Source: Porphyridium purpureum (taxonomy: Eukaryota). From it: 64,000 nucleotides of DNA. Shown in pieces: positions 45,986-56,900 of this stretch. The notes under the pieces were generated by a model that worked only from the letters and a program-made list of their open reading frames with translations, did no database searches and was not told the DNA's origin. Positions within the stretch are counted from its first letter, which is position 1. Every line of letters starts with the position of its first letter. The stretch is from positions 1 through 64,000 of the forward strand of contig VRMN01000020.1 in assembly GCA_008690995.1 (NCBI GenBank), given 5' to 3'. A program made the translations under genes and the position numbers.

Positions 45986-47842
45986 CTACTGCTGCGCGAC
46001 GCGGCGCACCTGCTCCAGAAACATGGACGAGTTCAGCACGTGCGAACTTGCCAACACCACGTGCGCTTGGAGGGAGCGTGCCACCTGCGCCGCAGACGCT
46101 GTGTGGCCCGACTCCACCATCACGGCACCCGCAACGCCATTGATGCCACTCACCGTCCTGTACTCTTCGTAGCAGCAGCCCCCCACCATCATGACCACAA
46201 TGTCTCGTGGAACCACTCGGTCTGTGTGAGCATCTGCGCGAGGCGGGGGCCCCGACAAAGCAGCGCCTCGGGCCGATCCAAGAGTCTGCGCAGAAGCGCC
46301 ACTGAAGGAACCTGACGCATGCAGCGCTCCTCCTGAGCCTTCGTAGATGACAGGGTACGTCTCGTAGCTGAGGCGCGCTCGCAGCAGATCATCCAGCGTC
46401 TGGGCCAGTAGCGGCTCATGCTGAGTGTAAATGTTCTCAATGCCATGGATGCCGCGCCGCATGGACGTGGCTGCCTTGGCAAGAAAAGATCGGTTCGAGA
46501 ACACGTCGCCGTGCCGCTTGGCGGCTCCGGCGTAGCGCCGTATGCCGGAGACCAGATCGACAAAGGCGACATCTTCACTGGCGCTACCCGCCGCTGCTCG
46601 CTGCAGCGCAATTTTGAGCTCGGAAAGGTTACATGTGGGAGACTGCTCGTAGCGCAGTGCAAACAACAGCACAACACGAACCTTGTCCTTCAAGGCGATA
46701 CCAGGAGCGCTGCATATTTGTAGCACTTGCTTGCGGTGCTCAGCCTCACTCTCTCGACAGGCCAGGTCCTGCTCGAGCTGCGAGACGCGCAGCAGGCTTC
46801 CGCTGTCCACTCGGCGACTCAGCTCACTCGTCAAGAGTACATGCTTGGTCACATTGCTGGAAGAGCGTCGAAACTCTGGCAGCTCTTCCACGAGCCGCAG
46901 CATGTCGTCCAGATCTCGTACATGCCCTTGCGCATCTGGCCGCTGCGAGGAAAAGTTGTCCACTAGCTCTTTGAGATTGGCGCCCAGATCCCCAAAGTTT
47001 GAAAACATGTTGCGCGCAAAGAATTCGTCGCTCTCCGCGTCCAATACTACCTGCTCGAACTCGTCCTTGACGTCCATAGAGCCCTTCAGGGACACGGTGT
47101 TATTCTGGATCCCCAGCAGCTCGTGAATCATGGCTTCATAAGTCCACTGGTTGAGTAGCGGGGTTACCGGGTCCTCGACGCGGTCGAGAATCAGAAGGAG
47201 CGGCGCTCGTGATCCGACAATGCCGGTGCCCGCGTTCATCGCGTCCGAAGTGCCATCCTGAAAGAGAGAGCTTTCTTGATCAAACTTCACGGCAAGCCTC
47301 TCTGCCAGGTTTCGGCACGCGGCCGAGTTCCGATCATACCGCACCTGCGGTATTCTGCGGCGCATCACCATGAGGGCAAGCACCCCGTCCACCGCGCGGT
47401 CGAGGGAACCCAGTGGGTCCCCCAGCGACACCAAGGACTTGCGCAGGGGCAAAAAGTCGAGAAATGACTCGCGCAAACTCACCACTCGTTCATGCACGTC
47501 GGCCTCTGCCAGCTGCTCGACGGCCAGCCTGCGCAAAACGTTTGCAAAGCACAGCTGGTAGTCGCGGAAGCGCGGCGCCGCGAGCTCGGCGCACAGCAGG
47601 GCGACGTTTTGCTCCGTCGGCCGCACCAGAACGATGGCATGCAGGTGGAGCAGCTGCCGCGCGCCGGCGGGCTGAGCTACCAGCACCTCGACATGGCACA
47701 CCTCCTCGGACATCAGCTGCGAGTAAGGTTCGACGAGGCCGAGCGTGGCGGCGGTGTCGCGATCGACAACGAGTGCCTTGAGGCCTGGCGCTCCGCGGAT
47801 GAGCGTGCGCAGCGCATTCCGGACAGAGTCGTGGTGTGCCAT
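45986..47842 (-). CDS. VPS45: Sec1/Munc18-family vacuolar protein sorting protein 45
   Basis: GLKALVVD, LAEADVHE, LILDRVEDPVTPLLNQWTYEAMIHELLGI, SNVTKHV, ENIYTQHEP and VGGCCYEE. Confidence 0.9.
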   Translation of the reverse strand: MAHHDSVRNALRTLIRGAPGLKALVVDRDTAATLGLVEPYSQLMSEEVCHVEVLVAQPAGARQLLHLHAIVLVRPTEQNVALLCAELAAPRFRDYQLCFANVLRRLAVEQLAEADVHERVVSLRESFLDFLPLRKSLVSLGDPLGSLDRAVDGVLALMVMRRRIPQVRYDRNSAACRNLAERLAVKFDQESSLFQDGTSDAMNAGTGIVGSRAPLLLILDRVEDPVTPLLNQWTYEAMIHELLGIQNNTVSLKGSMDVKDEFEQVVLDAESDEFFARNMFSNFGDLGANLKELVDNFSSQRPDAQGHVRDLDDMLRLVEELPEFRRSSSNVTKHVLLTSELSRRVDSGSLLRVSQLEQDLACRESEAEHRKQVLQICSAPGIALKDKVRVVLLFALRYEQSPTCNLSELKIALQRAAAGSASEDVAFVDLVSGIRRYAGAAKRHGDVFSNRSFLAKAATSMRRGIHGIENIYTQHEPLLAQTLDDLLRARLSYETYPVIYEGSGGALHASGSFSGASAQTLGSARGAALSGPPPRADAHTDRVVPRDIVVMMVGGCCYEEYRTVSGINGVAGAVMVESGHTASAAQVARSLQAHVVLASSHVLNSSMFLEQVRRVAQQ

Positions 47843-48180
47843 ATCTGCCGCGGCGCAACCATGCTCCAGTCGTGTGGCCCAATCAATCGCTCGTCTCTCG
47901 CCTCGCTTCGAACAGCGTTCACGCTGTCGCGCCAGCACGAGCGAGGCTACCTCCGACTGTACCCGCACGCAGGACGCAGTGCGAGCGTTCGCGGGAGGCG
48001 AGGCCCGACGCGCCAGAGCCGGACACGCGCCCGCGCGACGCGGTGCCACTGCGGCGGCGGGCAGCGCCGGGCTCCGGCCCGCTGGAAGCCTCAGCGGACT
48101 ATCCGAACGGATGGTTTCGCACTGCGGCTTTCAACAGCGCAGCACGGACGCAAGGGACACCTTTATAGACACGATCGAAT

Positions 48181-50715
48181 CTAGCACGTCATGAGATCTG
48201 GCAGGAATGTATCCTTGCCTCGGACGTAAGCGCTTGTGTCAGGAAACATGCCGGCGGCGCCAAGCGCGTAAAGTAGGCCGTCCTTATCCACAGAGTAAGG
48301 ATACCGCATGATGTGTGCAGGAATGTCCTTTTCTGGAGGCGCGTCTGCACAGTAAAACTTCCAACAATGATCCGCAAGTGCGGCAATCTCGCGAGCCGAC
48401 GCAGGCAGCTCCGGTCGCAAGGCAGCTTGCTGGCTCAGATTGTTGCCCATGTGCTCTGCAAATAAATTCATGCGAAATGCGTGGATCGCTCCTGTAGCAA
48501 GACTTCCGATGTGTTTGCGCTGGAACATGCAAGCGGCGACCTCCGTGTCACGTGTACCGGCCATACTCCTTTCGTTAATGTTGGCAGATCCAATGATCAG
48601 GAATGCGTCGTCAACGATCATGAGCTTCGAGTGCACATAGATGGGCTGCCGACGCTTCACACAAGTCCAGTATGCCGAGGTTTTCGACTGACTCGTTGCG
48701 ACGTCACTCGGCACGACCGCTTCGCGATTGCCCAGGGTCAAGATCTGCAGGTAGTCCTCTGGCCGTGCATCTGAGTTCACCTCCTGCAACTCCTGTGCTA
48801 TGACTCTGTACATCATCTCCACTGTTTGGTACTGCCAGAACAAGATCTCCTGGACAGGCATACTTTCTGGGACCCCCTCTGGCCAAAGCGGGATAATAAT
48901 GAAAGCACAAAACGGCTCGCGTTCCCGTATCGCGCGGCAAATCCTCAAAGCTATTTCCATGGGGATAGGATTCGGCGCCAAGTTTGCATAGGCCTTGCGT
49001 TTTGCGGTACCTTCCTTGGCATCCAGCGTTAGCGCCCATGCGTACGAGCTTCCCATAAAGTATTGGTTCTCAATGTACACAAAGCGCTTTGCCCGCCGTA
49101 TGTAGTGCACGTAGGCGCTCAGCACACTTGTGTCAAGGCCGCGCCCTTTTTTCATAAACGTCACGGCGTGCTCTCTCGGGAAATAGCTCGAGCGCTCATC
49201 GATGCTGCGCACCATCTGCACGGACCACGCATTTGGATCCACGCGTTCGATATAAGCAGCCTCTTCCGCGGCCGGAATAAAGGCTCCTGGGCGTGACGTG
49301 TCCGCGTCATACACGGGTGTACGGTACGCTGATGTGCGCTCCGGGCCCATCCTGACCGCGTTGTAGTCACACACAAGATTCCAACGCGCCTCAAAAATTC
49401 GGAGGACATCAACCGCAGCATGGCCTTCGATAAGTGAGTGGACGTCATGCCAAGGCTCGCGCGGACCATACTCTGGCTCGATGCGCGGAAAATTGAAATT
49501 GTGGAAATCGTCTTTCCAGTACGTGTTGAGATGCTTGAAGAGGAAATGCTCTGGCGTGTCCCAACGGCCGTCGCACAAGTCCAAGCCACCCACAAACGCC
49601 TTTAGTCGCCTTCTCGGCATGAGATTGGCACTTGGGTCTCTGGACAACGCACCCGGAAGTGGCGCATCACAAACGACGATTTTTTGATGGTGCGTGAACA
49701 TGGACGATGCAAGTTTCTCCAAGATCGATTTTCTCGCTTTCTCCTGCACGTGGCCTGTGAAACACGAGTGCGTCTCATGACACGCCGGATCTACTGCGGG
49801 AATTCGCGCTTGCTTGAGCACTTGCACCTTGGAATTCTTTTCCTCAAAATAGCGCACGAGCAGCTCATCGTGATTGCCCATCATTCCTTGCACCTCGCGA
49901 CCGTCCAAAGACGACGGATCATCCCAGACGAGCACGCGAACCGTGCATCCGCGTTCGGCTCGTTCATGCAAGAGCTCGCCTAAAGTGAGGGATTGACCAT
50001 TCCAGGGGCGTTCGCGTAGAAGGCGCAAGTCGTGCCACACAGACCAGCCGGCTATTAGTATCAAGTGCTCCGCAGCGTGCAGAGAGGCGTAAAGCTCTTC
50101 CCACAGCGCCCGTCGACGCAGCGGAGCTTGCAGATACGACATTTCATGCGCATCTTGGAACAGGCTCACCATACATCCCGAACGCAGTGGGAATGGCGCA
50201 TACGGCACCGCCGGAAACTCAATGAGGTCCTTCAAGCGGAACAGTTTCACGTACACCTCGATCTCGCACGTTGGCGCTCCCTTGGCCGCGGATACGGTGA
50301 TCGCTTTCATCTTGTCAAGCAGTTTGACTTTGGCAGGCAGCGCAGATGCATTGTTTGGCCCAGCCACGGCGTTCTCTGCGTCTCCGTACGTCGCGAAGCC
50401 GCGGACCTGGCCTTGCACCGGGTTCCCCTCCGTGAGCGAGCCAGCTGGAATCAGGGCAATGCCGATCATTCGGCCCGAGTCTGCGGCGGCGAGCTGGATG
50501 CTCACGTACGACACGCAGTCAGCCACGCACGCGGCGCAATCTACGTCCTGGAAGAACGCCGCGCCATCTGCCTTGCTGGTGGCGACGACGTGCGACTTGA
50601 GTATGCGCCGCGCGCCGACCTTGACCTTGACGTAGAGCTTGCCGTGCTTCGGGTCGACGTTGCCTGCGCGCGTGACCTGGACGGCCAGCACGCCGTGCAC
50701 CAGCTGCGCCTGCAT
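48181..50715 (-). CDS. Phospholipase D, plant-type C2-PLD
   Basis: N-terminal C2-like region, IAGWSV, two HKD motifs (THHQKIVVCD, VHSKLMIVDD), PREPWHD, YIENQYF and GSANINERS. Confidence 0.93.
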   Translation of the reverse strand: MQAQLVHGVLAVQVTRAGNVDPKHGKLYVKVKVGARRILKSHVVATSKADGAAFFQDVDCAACVADCVSYVSIQLAAADSGRMIGIALIPAGSLTEGNPVQGQVRGFATYGDAENAVAGPNNASALPAKVKLLDKMKAITVSAAKGAPTCEIEVYVKLFRLKDLIEFPAVPYAPFPLRSGCMVSLFQDAHEMSYLQAPLRRRALWEELYASLHAAEHLILIAGWSVWHDLRLLRERPWNGQSLTLGELLHERAERGCTVRVLVWDDPSSLDGREVQGMMGNHDELLVRYFEEKNSKVQVLKQARIPAVDPACHETHSCFTGHVQEKARKSILEKLASSMFTHHQKIVVCDAPLPGALSRDPSANLMPRRRLKAFVGGLDLCDGRWDTPEHFLFKHLNTYWKDDFHNFNFPRIEPEYGPREPWHDVHSLIEGHAAVDVLRIFEARWNLVCDYNAVRMGPERTSAYRTPVYDADTSRPGAFIPAAEEAAYIERVDPNAWSVQMVRSIDERSSYFPREHAVTFMKKGRGLDTSVLSAYVHYIRRAKRFVYIENQYFMGSSYAWALTLDAKEGTAKRKAYANLAPNPIPMEIALRICRAIREREPFCAFIIIPLWPEGVPESMPVQEILFWQYQTVEMMYRVIAQELQEVNSDARPEDYLQILTLGNREAVVPSDVATSQSKTSAYWTCVKRRQPIYVHSKLMIVDDAFLIIGSANINERSMAGTRDTEVAACMFQRKHIGSLATGAIHAFRMNLFAEHMGNNLSQQAALRPELPASAREIAALADHCWKFYCADAPPEKDIPAHIMRYPYSVDKDGLLYALGAAGMFPDTSAYVRGKDTFLPDLMTC

Positions 50716-52175
50716 GACGCGCAGCACCCGCCAATCCTCTCAGCCCCGTGCCCCCCCAATCCTCCGTCCCAACTTCAACGCCTGCCGAGCCGTTTGAGCC
50801 TTGTGCGCGTTCCGCTTAAACGCGCCCGGGAAAGCGGCCCGTTTTTCGCGTTTACGGCAGAATTAATTGGGCGTGAGCGGTGGCACAAATCACGCGCTGC
50901 CAAAGCGACCCAGTGATTTCACGCGGACACGAGGCGGCTGGCGCCGCACCAGGGCTCGTGCTGAAACAACTGCTTTTCGCACGCGCCTGCTGACGAACAG
51001 AGATGTCTTCAAGGGACGCAGCTGATGCGTTTGGCGGAAGAGGTTGAAGACGCGAATAAAGGCTTACGTGTGCGAGAGGCTTTTGGAAGTCTGTGGAGTG
51101 GCGAACGCGACGAGCATTTGCCTTGCGTGTAGCTGATACTTCGCCAACCACAAGCAGTGCCTGACGGTGCGGGCCATGTCGGTGCACGAGCCAATCGTTT
51201 CGGGGGTTTTCTAAGCGACTGGTCCACAGGTCATTCTTCGTTTGTGTAAGCCAGTAAAGAAGCAGCAAAGCCCGATTGGACGTTAGAGAATACACACCTT
51301 TATTCAAAATCAACTGTCGCTCAATCAGCTCTGTGCAATTCACTCCGCCCCCGACTTCAAATATGGCGTAGCAAGAAAGGAGTATGGCACGGTCTGAGTT
51401 GAGTACACGCTCAGCGCCGCTCGATAAAAGACAGAGCCGATGGCGACGATCTGTGCTGGCGCTCGCGTCCTCGTCGTCAAGAATCGAAGGGTGGATGGGG
51501 GGGATCTGTAAAGGCTGCGCGAAGTGAGCGAGCCAATGGCAAAGTTCGCGGCGCTAGCGCGCGGCAATGTTTCCGCAGGGACCCGCAAAACGTACTTGTC
51601 GAGTCAACATACAATTCTGAGGTATTCACTGGCGCAGTACCACAATGACATCAGGCTCGGATGATCAGAGGATCCGACGAACCAATGAGAGCTGGTTGGT
51701 GCACTCTTGGCGTCTGCGGCTGCCGCAAAAGTGCATCTTATGCAGCTTCTTGGCGGTTAAACAGAGGAGATGGTGTCAAAACTTCACCTTCAGCTGGTTG
51801 ATGCAAACGGTGCGAACTCCATGGTACCAAACATTTCGCGCCCTACCATGTTTAATTTGTTCTCGGAAAGTGGCGTGAGGATGCCAAGCTTCCTGCCGAG
51901 TGTTCTCATCAACAACATGTCCCAGGCTTCTTGGCGTGAAGTATCACGCACGCGGGCAGCAGAACGGAGTGAAGATTCGAGAAATTGTGCATTAACATAC
52001 TGTACTTATATTCATGTATGTAGGGTAAATCTTCCATCTCTCCCAGTCAATTCGAAATCGTATTCCATGCCCTTCCGTGCTCTCTTTTTTGCCGAAATGA
52101 GAATAATCGGCCAATCACGTTCAGCCAAATAGCGCAGGGCAAAAACGACCCAGTCGTGAAATACTTGCAGTCCGA

Positions 52176-52558
52176 TGTTTTTTTCTCAATTTCCTCTCCC
52201 TTGGAATTCTCTCTCGCTCTCTGTTTTCTCTCCCCTAAGCCAGGTTGCGGGTCTCTAACCCTTTAGAAAGACTGCCGTGCGGTGTCTACCAGCCTGCTTC
52301 CAGCCTGTCTCCAGCCTGCTTCCAGCCTGTCTCCAGCCTGCTTCCAGCCTGTCTCCAGCCTGCTTCCAGCCTGCTTCCAGCCTGCTTCCAGCCTGTCTCC
52401 AGCCTGCTTCCAGCCTGTCTCCAGCCTGCTTCCAGCCTGTCTCCAGCCTGCTTCCAGCCTGTCTCCAGCTTGCTTCCAGCCTGTCTCCAGCCTGCTTCCA
52501 GCCTGCGTCCAGCCAGCTTCCAGCCAAGTTTAGATAGACGCGGGGTTGGCGGATAACA
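52176..52558 (-). mobile_element. LTR of the same family as 53706-53999, inverted (left boundary uncertain)
   Basis: The reverse complement starts TGTTATCCGCCAACCCCGCG and shares cggcagtct..taaagg..gagacccgc and a GA-rich tail with 53706-53999. No TSD was found. Confidence 0.7.
52289..52526. repeat. 11-bp tandem array CCAGCCTG(CTT/TCT), about 21 units, mostly alternating
   Basis: Read directly from the sequence. Confidence 0.95.
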
Positions 52559-53705
52559 TTCAGGAACGTCAGAGAAGGAAATAATGGGTGCGAGGCACCA
52601 AAGCACGTGTACAGAAACCGTGTAAAACCGAGCGGATGTACGAATTTGGCTCTGGTGCTGTACCTTTCGGTCAAGCTGGGATCGAACAAGCGCCAGGTCT
52701 TTACTTACTCTGCCAACATGACTAAAACCCAGCCAAAGGCTAAACGGCAGGCATGCTGAGGCCCGCGCCTGGGTTTAGCGACGCTTGGACACGAACCGTG
52801 AGATTTCGGGACTCTTTTCGACAGGCGAGGTGCCGCCGCGCCTTGTGCGTCGGACGAAAAGAATGAGCTTCCACGGATGTCAGTAATTTTACGTGGCGGA
52901 TAGCGCATCACCGTGCCCAAAGATGTACACTTCAAGATTAAATTGCGCGGAGACAAAGCTTTTGGAAAAGTGAGGTCTGGACTGAACGTGAGTTGCCCGG
53001 CCGAGTGCACACAAATGGCTCCTTATTTCGCGGGAGAGATGCTTCATAGCAGTCTAGCAAGTAAGTGCTTGCACTTTACTTTCCGTCGTCACAGCATTGC
53101 AGCTTTCGTCACTAGCCGGGTTTTTTTGTGCTTTACATTGCTTTGCTCGTCTACCAAAGCAGCTTTTTCACCGCAACACTTCCAACACGGCATCCGTACC
53201 ATCGCTCTCCTTTCTTCCAAGGAAATGCTCTTGTCCAGACGCTCTATGCCTTCGTGATGGGCGGAAGGCGGAAGTCGCTTGCAGAAAACTTGGATTAAGC
53301 AAGTGAACTTCCTGCAAACGTGTGCTTTCTTGCAAAGTAAAGCGGAAGTTCCAGCCTGCAAATCAACACGCATCAACCGACAAAATCACGATACGCACTA
53401 CCGGTAGTGGCTAAAGATGTGGGCAGCCTGTTTCCTACACGTGAGTGCTTTTGTTGGCCAATGGTTAGGAGCTGCACGTTTGCAAGCGATCCAAGAAAAT
53501 CGACGGCTGCGACTACAGCAGTTGTCTTAGCTGTATCGAAGGGTAGCACTGGCATGGAGTCCGGGAACATCATCGTTGGTGACGTGACTTGAAGCTAGAA
53601 TTCTTTGACCTGCTTGTTGCTACCGGTGGCAATGCGCGCTTTAATGCTTCCGAATTCATAATTCGCAGTATACTTTTCGGCCAGAAAAAGAAATGCGGGA
53701 GTGAC

Positions 53706-53999
53706 TGTTATCCGCCAGCCCCGCGGATACCTAGTCTTCACTGGATCCTTGCTGTGGCCTTGCTGTGGCCTTGCTGTGGCCTTGCTGTAGCCTTGCTGTA
53801 GCCTTGCTGTAGCCTTGCTGGTGCACTGTCATTTTTTCTCACAGTGCTACCCGGCGAGCTGGAGAACACGGGGCGGCAGTCTATATAAAGGCGTGGAGAC
53901 CCGCGAGCAGGCTCGGGGACAGAAAGGAAGAAGAGAGAGAGGTAGCGAAGGGGAGAGAAGAAGGAGAGGGAAAGTAAAAGGAAAAGGAGGTTCATAACA
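53706..53999 (+). mobile_element. 294-bp solo LTR with a perfect 5-bp TSD (GTGAC)
   Basis: GTGAC|TGTTAT...ATAACA|GTGAC, with an internal TATATAAA at 53882. Confidence 0.9.
53747..53820. repeat. 11-bp tandem array CCTTGCTGT(G/A)G, about 6.7 units
   Basis: Read directly from the sequence; it lies inside the solo LTR. Confidence 0.95.
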
Positions 54000-56900
54000 G
54001 TGACGCTCCGCCAGGCCTAACCTTAGGTCCCTCATGCGTACAAGCTGGAGCATGTCCAACCCTTTGCCTGTCATCTGGCGCACCTCGAATAAGATAGTCC
54101 TGAAGGCGACGTATCTATGCTTTGCTGTTGCCTGGGTTACGCACTCACGATATGTGTATGCCACGCTCTTGCTTTATTGCCAAGAACCTGCTTGCGAGTC
54201 GGATTTTCGCTCCAGTTTTCGGCTCGCAACATCGTCAGTCTCTTTGGCTGATGAAGGCGCGACATCGTGCAGCGTCTTTAGGAAATCCTCGATGAGCGCT
54301 CCACGTCACAAAGTGCGTTGCTTGACGGCTGTTCATAAGTTTGCTTGTCTTCAGCCACCCTTTCTCCTCCTGGGGCGCAGAATTGCTAGACTGCCTGCTT
54401 TTTCTCAAAACGTCGGCCCAGACCTACACATTTCAGGGCCAACTAGCCATCGCCTATTCCCTGCTTCTCCCTGCTTCTCCGCCTGTAAAATGTTTGACCC
54501 CTCCCTCGCACTTTCCTCGGTCTTCACATTCTCGACCGGGTGCGCTTCTCTTTTCTCCGGTGGCTTGATCCTGCCCTCTAACGTTTCGGCCTCTGGTTGT
54601 GCATCACGTTCTGCTGGTGAATCGCGCGATGCTGTGCCTCTCGCTCCATCTCGAGCCGTATTGCGGGGCCCGTGGATGTCATTTACATGGCGTAGTGAAT
54701 CTTTTGCATTCACACGGGACGCTTAATAGGCGTCCAGGGGCACCGACGCTTTTGCAAATGGTAGTCCGTCTTCACAATGTCGAATCGTAGAAAAAGGAAT
54801 GCGCATCATCGATTCTTGTGCTGGCTATCCTATCCTGCAAGAACTCGCTGCTGGACCGGTCTGAACTGTATCCACACCTAATTCAAACGTTCCATGAGCT
54901 GCGTCGACTTCTGCTGGGTAGATCAGTTGATCCACATACTCAACCTTTACGTCAGAATTGTCCTCCTTAACTAAGCTATCGCCATTTCGTTGCCTTTAAT
55001 ATTGTCATCAAGGGTCATTTGCTCCTCATGGTCTCGTTTATTTTCCGCACGAGATAGTGGCTTCTTGTCTGTGCCTGTTGGAATGCCGCATTGTTCACTC
55101 GCACTGAAGACTTTACTTATAGCAATAGAATTCCAAGGGTCATTTAATTGCCCGTTTTTACGGGGTTGAGAGAAAAAGAGATAAAAGAATTGGCTAGCGA
55201 GGATAGCGAGGAAAGAGTTTATAATAATTGCCAGGAGAAACCTAGAACCCATACATGGAGTTGGTGCGTGGGTGTCCATTGCGTGGCTACGCTTGTGAGG
55301 AAGCTTCACGCTTTTCTTCTCCAAATATCAGAACGAGTACGTTGCCGTGCTCCTACGTGTAGTTTCGGACATTCCGAAGTCAGGATATGCTCATCTTATT
55401 CGATCGAAGGATGACAAGGGATAGCCCGAGGACGCGCTCCAGGGCAGTGACCGTTGGATCGACGCGTGCTCCCGGCCATGCCAGAGGCTCCCCGTCGCCA
55501 ACTTTAAGTGATACGGTCGACCCAGTGGGTGCGGGATCGACGGGCATGGATCACACTGCGAGCAGTAGCCTATGACTGTCGAGTGCCCCTGGTACGTACC
55601 GGGTGGCCGGGCAGCAGCTTCGTAAATCTGGAAATAGGGATGAGGACGAAACGAGCGAATACCCGTGGCCAGCCATTAGCTTCGAAAGCCCGAACTGGGA
55701 GTGGCTTCTTCGCTCGCGTGAATATCTTACCTGGGATGAGGTTTTGTCGGTGACTTTTAATCAAATCGTCACGTTGGAAAGGTTGCGTGCCCCCCCAGGC
55801 CGTTCGTAACGATGCAGTTTGCCAGGTACGCTATCGAACGGGAAGTATTCAACTTAAACATCCCACTCCTCGAGAACATCACGATAAACGCCTCACGTGA
55901 AGACCAAGGTGCACACTGTTCTCATCAGGCACCCTTGCCAGCGTCCGTAACATTTCCCGCGGCCATGATCAGTGAAGTGCTCAAGTCTCTGGAGTCACGC
56001 GTGTACTCGGATGACGAGTCTCAAGAGCCTTTTCGCGCTTGGCGAGACAAAAGTCTCAAAGTCAAGCACGTTTATTCGCTCTGAGATTCAGATATCAGCC
56101 TCATTTTCCCCCTCACCTTGGCCGGACAGGCATCAGAGTTCGTCAAAAGGCATCCAAGGACAAATGCATTGAAATTTTGGATGCTACGTCCAAAGACTTC
56201 CGCGTCGACTTTTCCAGTCGCCTTGCGCTGTGTCCTGTCCGTGGTGCTAACTTTCAGCACTATCTGCGTGACGACGTTCCTCGGGTGGAGGCCTTCGACC
56301 GGCTCAATGCGCAAATCAGTGCAGGCGCGGCGTCAGCGGCCGCAGACCACAATAACCAGTGGTCTGTGGCAACTTACGTACTCGGTGCAATGTCGGACGG
56401 TGGGAACCACACCGAAATGGTGCGCTCTTTCAAGCATCTGAGTGGGAATGAGCTGTTGCAGTCTATTCGCAACTTTCTGAGTGCCCAAGTTAAGGAGGCG
56501 CCTCGCGGCTCTTCCTCCCTCCTGTTCCAGCGCGCACCGGGTGGACCAACGCGGTGACTAGGGCAGCCTGGCCCAAGCAATGTCAGGCGGTACGGGAACT
56601 CCACTGGAAATGGTGGCACTTCATCTGCGAGGAATCGGGCCCGCAAGATGAATTGCTGTCGACGTGCAGGGGCCAGGAACATTGCATCTCAGTATACAAT
56701 AGTGCAGAGACGAACGTGGATCCGCTCTGCACAGAGAAAAGGCCGTCGTAGAACGGAAAGGACGATTTTACAACGGAAGGTGAAGATTTTGAGCATAAGA
56801 AAATGCGATAAGTGCACTTTATCGATGAAGCTTGCACCAAATCACTCGCTTAAGCATGCGATGTGTATACGATCCGGTGCCGCATGCCGCGATATTCCGG

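Noticed and set aside
52245..52689. Repetitive ORFs (PACFQPVSSL..., WKQAG...) or a CRISPR-like array
   Set aside because: These are translations of an 11-bp tandem repeat. There are no unique spacers or cas genes, and the context is eukaryotic.
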